The notes below the pieces were generated by a model, which was given only the letters and a program-made list of their open reading frames with translations, did no database searches and was not told where the DNA came from. The translations under genes and the position numbers were made by a program. From positions 44,640,001-44,704,000 of the forward strand of contig OZ286461.1 of assembly GCA_965644265.1 (NCBI GenBank): a DNA stretch of 64,000 nucleotides. The letters are read 5' to 3'. This document shows, piece by piece, positions 62,010 to 64,000 of the stretch; position 1 is the stretch's first letter, and each line of letters starts with the position of its first letter. The stretch is from Glycera tridactyla. Its lineage: Eukaryota.

Positions 62010-63491
62010 AGGAGAAGCTTAGAAAGGCGGGCTGTTAAAATAATGATAGGGTGAAGGGTAAGGGGAGTAGGTGGTAGGAGGGGCACTGCAAAATGCTGCT
62101 GGCTTTTACGGGTTTTAATTAACAAGATGGAGGGAGCTGATAGCGCCCCCTCCCCCTTCTTCTTATCACCAGGGGTCACTGCACTATACAAATACGGCAT
62201 GGTGGAACTTGAAATGTCAATTTGCACTATCAAAGGAAATATGTTTGTGGTGTCATGATATGGCTGAATGATAATATGCTGTCATGGGAAGGATGCAAGT
62301 CTAGTCTGCTATTCTGTGAAGACCGGGAATTCCAACTGTGTCATCCCCGCTGGCATCTGACCTTCCGCACCCTCCCCCACCTCCCCTCGAGCTCGTGGTT
62401 GAAGTTGACCAGCTCATGAAAATCAGCTGTGATAGCTTGTAGGTCCAAGGACCAGAAAAGCTGAGCTGCCAACATCATGATTTTGGAGTAATGATTACCC
62501 TTTTTGAACCCTTTTTGAACCGCAATTTTGGTGCTCAATGTACATCTCTCTCAAGAAATTTCCTCATTTGGTCTTTGCATCTACGGCCATCATTACTCTA
62601 GAAAATTTGTATCATTACATGAATACATATAAAGACGCATCTGTCTTAACCCAATTAAATAGACATCCAATCCGTTCAACTCATGAAGACCAATAATAGG
62701 AAGTGAAAGAAATTCAAAGGTCATCCCCTAATTCAAGTTGTTGAGTCCTAATTTGACCTTCTACCTCACATGAAATTTACATTTTCACAGTTTCATATTT
62801 TATGTGTCCATGATGATGATGGATATTTTTTATTTTATGTTGGCCAATGCTATACATGCTTCCAAATAATGGCGAGAATAAGTGTGGGATTCAAGGTTTT
62901 CATCTCCGTTGTCTGTTGGGCAAGTTCTCACTGATATGTTATTCACTTATTAAGATGTTCGGTTTCCTAGAAAATTGAGATAGAGGGGAGTTAAATTATG
63001 TAAAGCAGATAGCCACCCATGAAATCTTCGTTAGGCAAGAGGAACCCAGATGCAGGCAGTTATTTTGTTAGCATGCTCTATGTTTAGCTTACATGCTAGT
63101 TAAGTCCATATTGTAAATAAAATTGTGATGGCCAATAAAAGTCTGAAAATAAAGTAATTTTAGGAGCAAGTGAAGCAGTGCATGTTATGTGTACATGTCA
63201 CATGAAAACATAATAATGCCATGTCCCAGCAGGGTATTGTGCTGGGCGTGCATGTCAAGGAGCCATGTTGTTGTTGTCGACAAACCGATTGTGGCAGTTA
63301 AAGTAGCATTCATAATATATGTATTAACGGCTGTAACTTCATCCCAGTCCTTTCCTTACATGCAAACTGGTCAGGGTTGTCACACTGCCGGGTGGGGGTT
63401 GTTTAAGGAGAGGTCTGTTCACTTTCAAGAGTCTGGATTCTGATGAAGTCTGAGGTGCTCTTGAAGTGAGCAAACTTTGGTTTTATCACTA

Positions 63492-63660
63492 TAGTAAAAC
63501 CTGTCTTGGGAGACCACCCCATACGCCAACAAAAAGTGGTCTCTCAAGACAGGTGGTCTCTCATTGGAGGTATATTTGCCTATGTCAAATAGAGAAGGGC
63601 CGATGAAGAGCAGTCTCCCATTAGAGGGTTGTCTCCCAAAAGGGGGGGGGGGGGGTCTCC
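63492..63660 (+). mobile_element. family B MITE copy 2, right TIR truncated
   Basis: TA|TAGTAAAACCTGTCTTGGGAGACC; colinear with 57960 copy up to G14-TCTCC, then homology stops. Confidence 0.88.
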
Positions 63661-64000
63661 CTTCATTCTCTTTCACCTATACCCTCTCTTTCCCATTGTA
63701 ACTTAAAGCACCACCATACAGTGATGCTAAACCTTCTGATTTCAAAGCAGTGATGACTACAAATTTTCAGACCTTGAATTTGACACTGAGCCTGATATTA
63801 CTCTTAATCTATTTATGAAAAATTCTGCAAATTTTGCAAATATTTATGGCATTTATACAATATCTATTTCTGTCATAGGAGGCCATGACAATGAGAAAGA
63901 GATTATTTATTCAGACTGGTTTGACTTTGACATCAGAAATGTCCCAGAATTTGCCAGTGCTTTGGGCCATTTGTCACCAAGATATGCTCCCTTGCTGAGT

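Noticed and set aside
63466-63486. GTGAGCAAA, the 5' end of miR-87
   Set aside because: Only 9 nt match and no precursor hairpin is evident.

Overview
Eukaryotic genomic DNA, most likely from an invertebrate animal (taxon cannot be fixed from the sequence). It is roughly 40% GC by eye, almost entirely non-coding, and reads like a very long intron or gene-poor regulatory region. No recognisable complete gene, RNA gene, CRISPR array or autonomous transposase was found. The ORF track is mostly chance ORFs, microsatellite translations and ORFs running through N blocks; the ten N blocks look like hard-masked simple repeats. Well supported: (i) about 12 TA-flanked CAGT...ACTG pogo/Tc1-mariner-type MITEs in 3-4 families, many 176-178 bp long; (ii) a CpG-rich, TAA-flanked PIF/Harbinger-type element (27149-29133) with an internal duplication and an inverted masked core; (iii) CAG...CTG hAT-like MITEs whose target duplications look 6 bp rather than 8 bp; (iv) a Helentron-associated (HINE/DINE-1-like) element (46341-47655) carrying about 6.7 copies of a palindrome-rich 156-157 bp monomer; (v) a 589-bp CpG-rich element with perfect 26-bp TIRs; (vi) many microsatellites and 13 long G/C homopolymers. 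More speculative: a cluster of TCF/LEF motifs at 53-57 kb and four frame-preserving + strand mini/micro-exon candidates (15, 60, 3 and 108 nt), one with EGF-like cysteine spacing.
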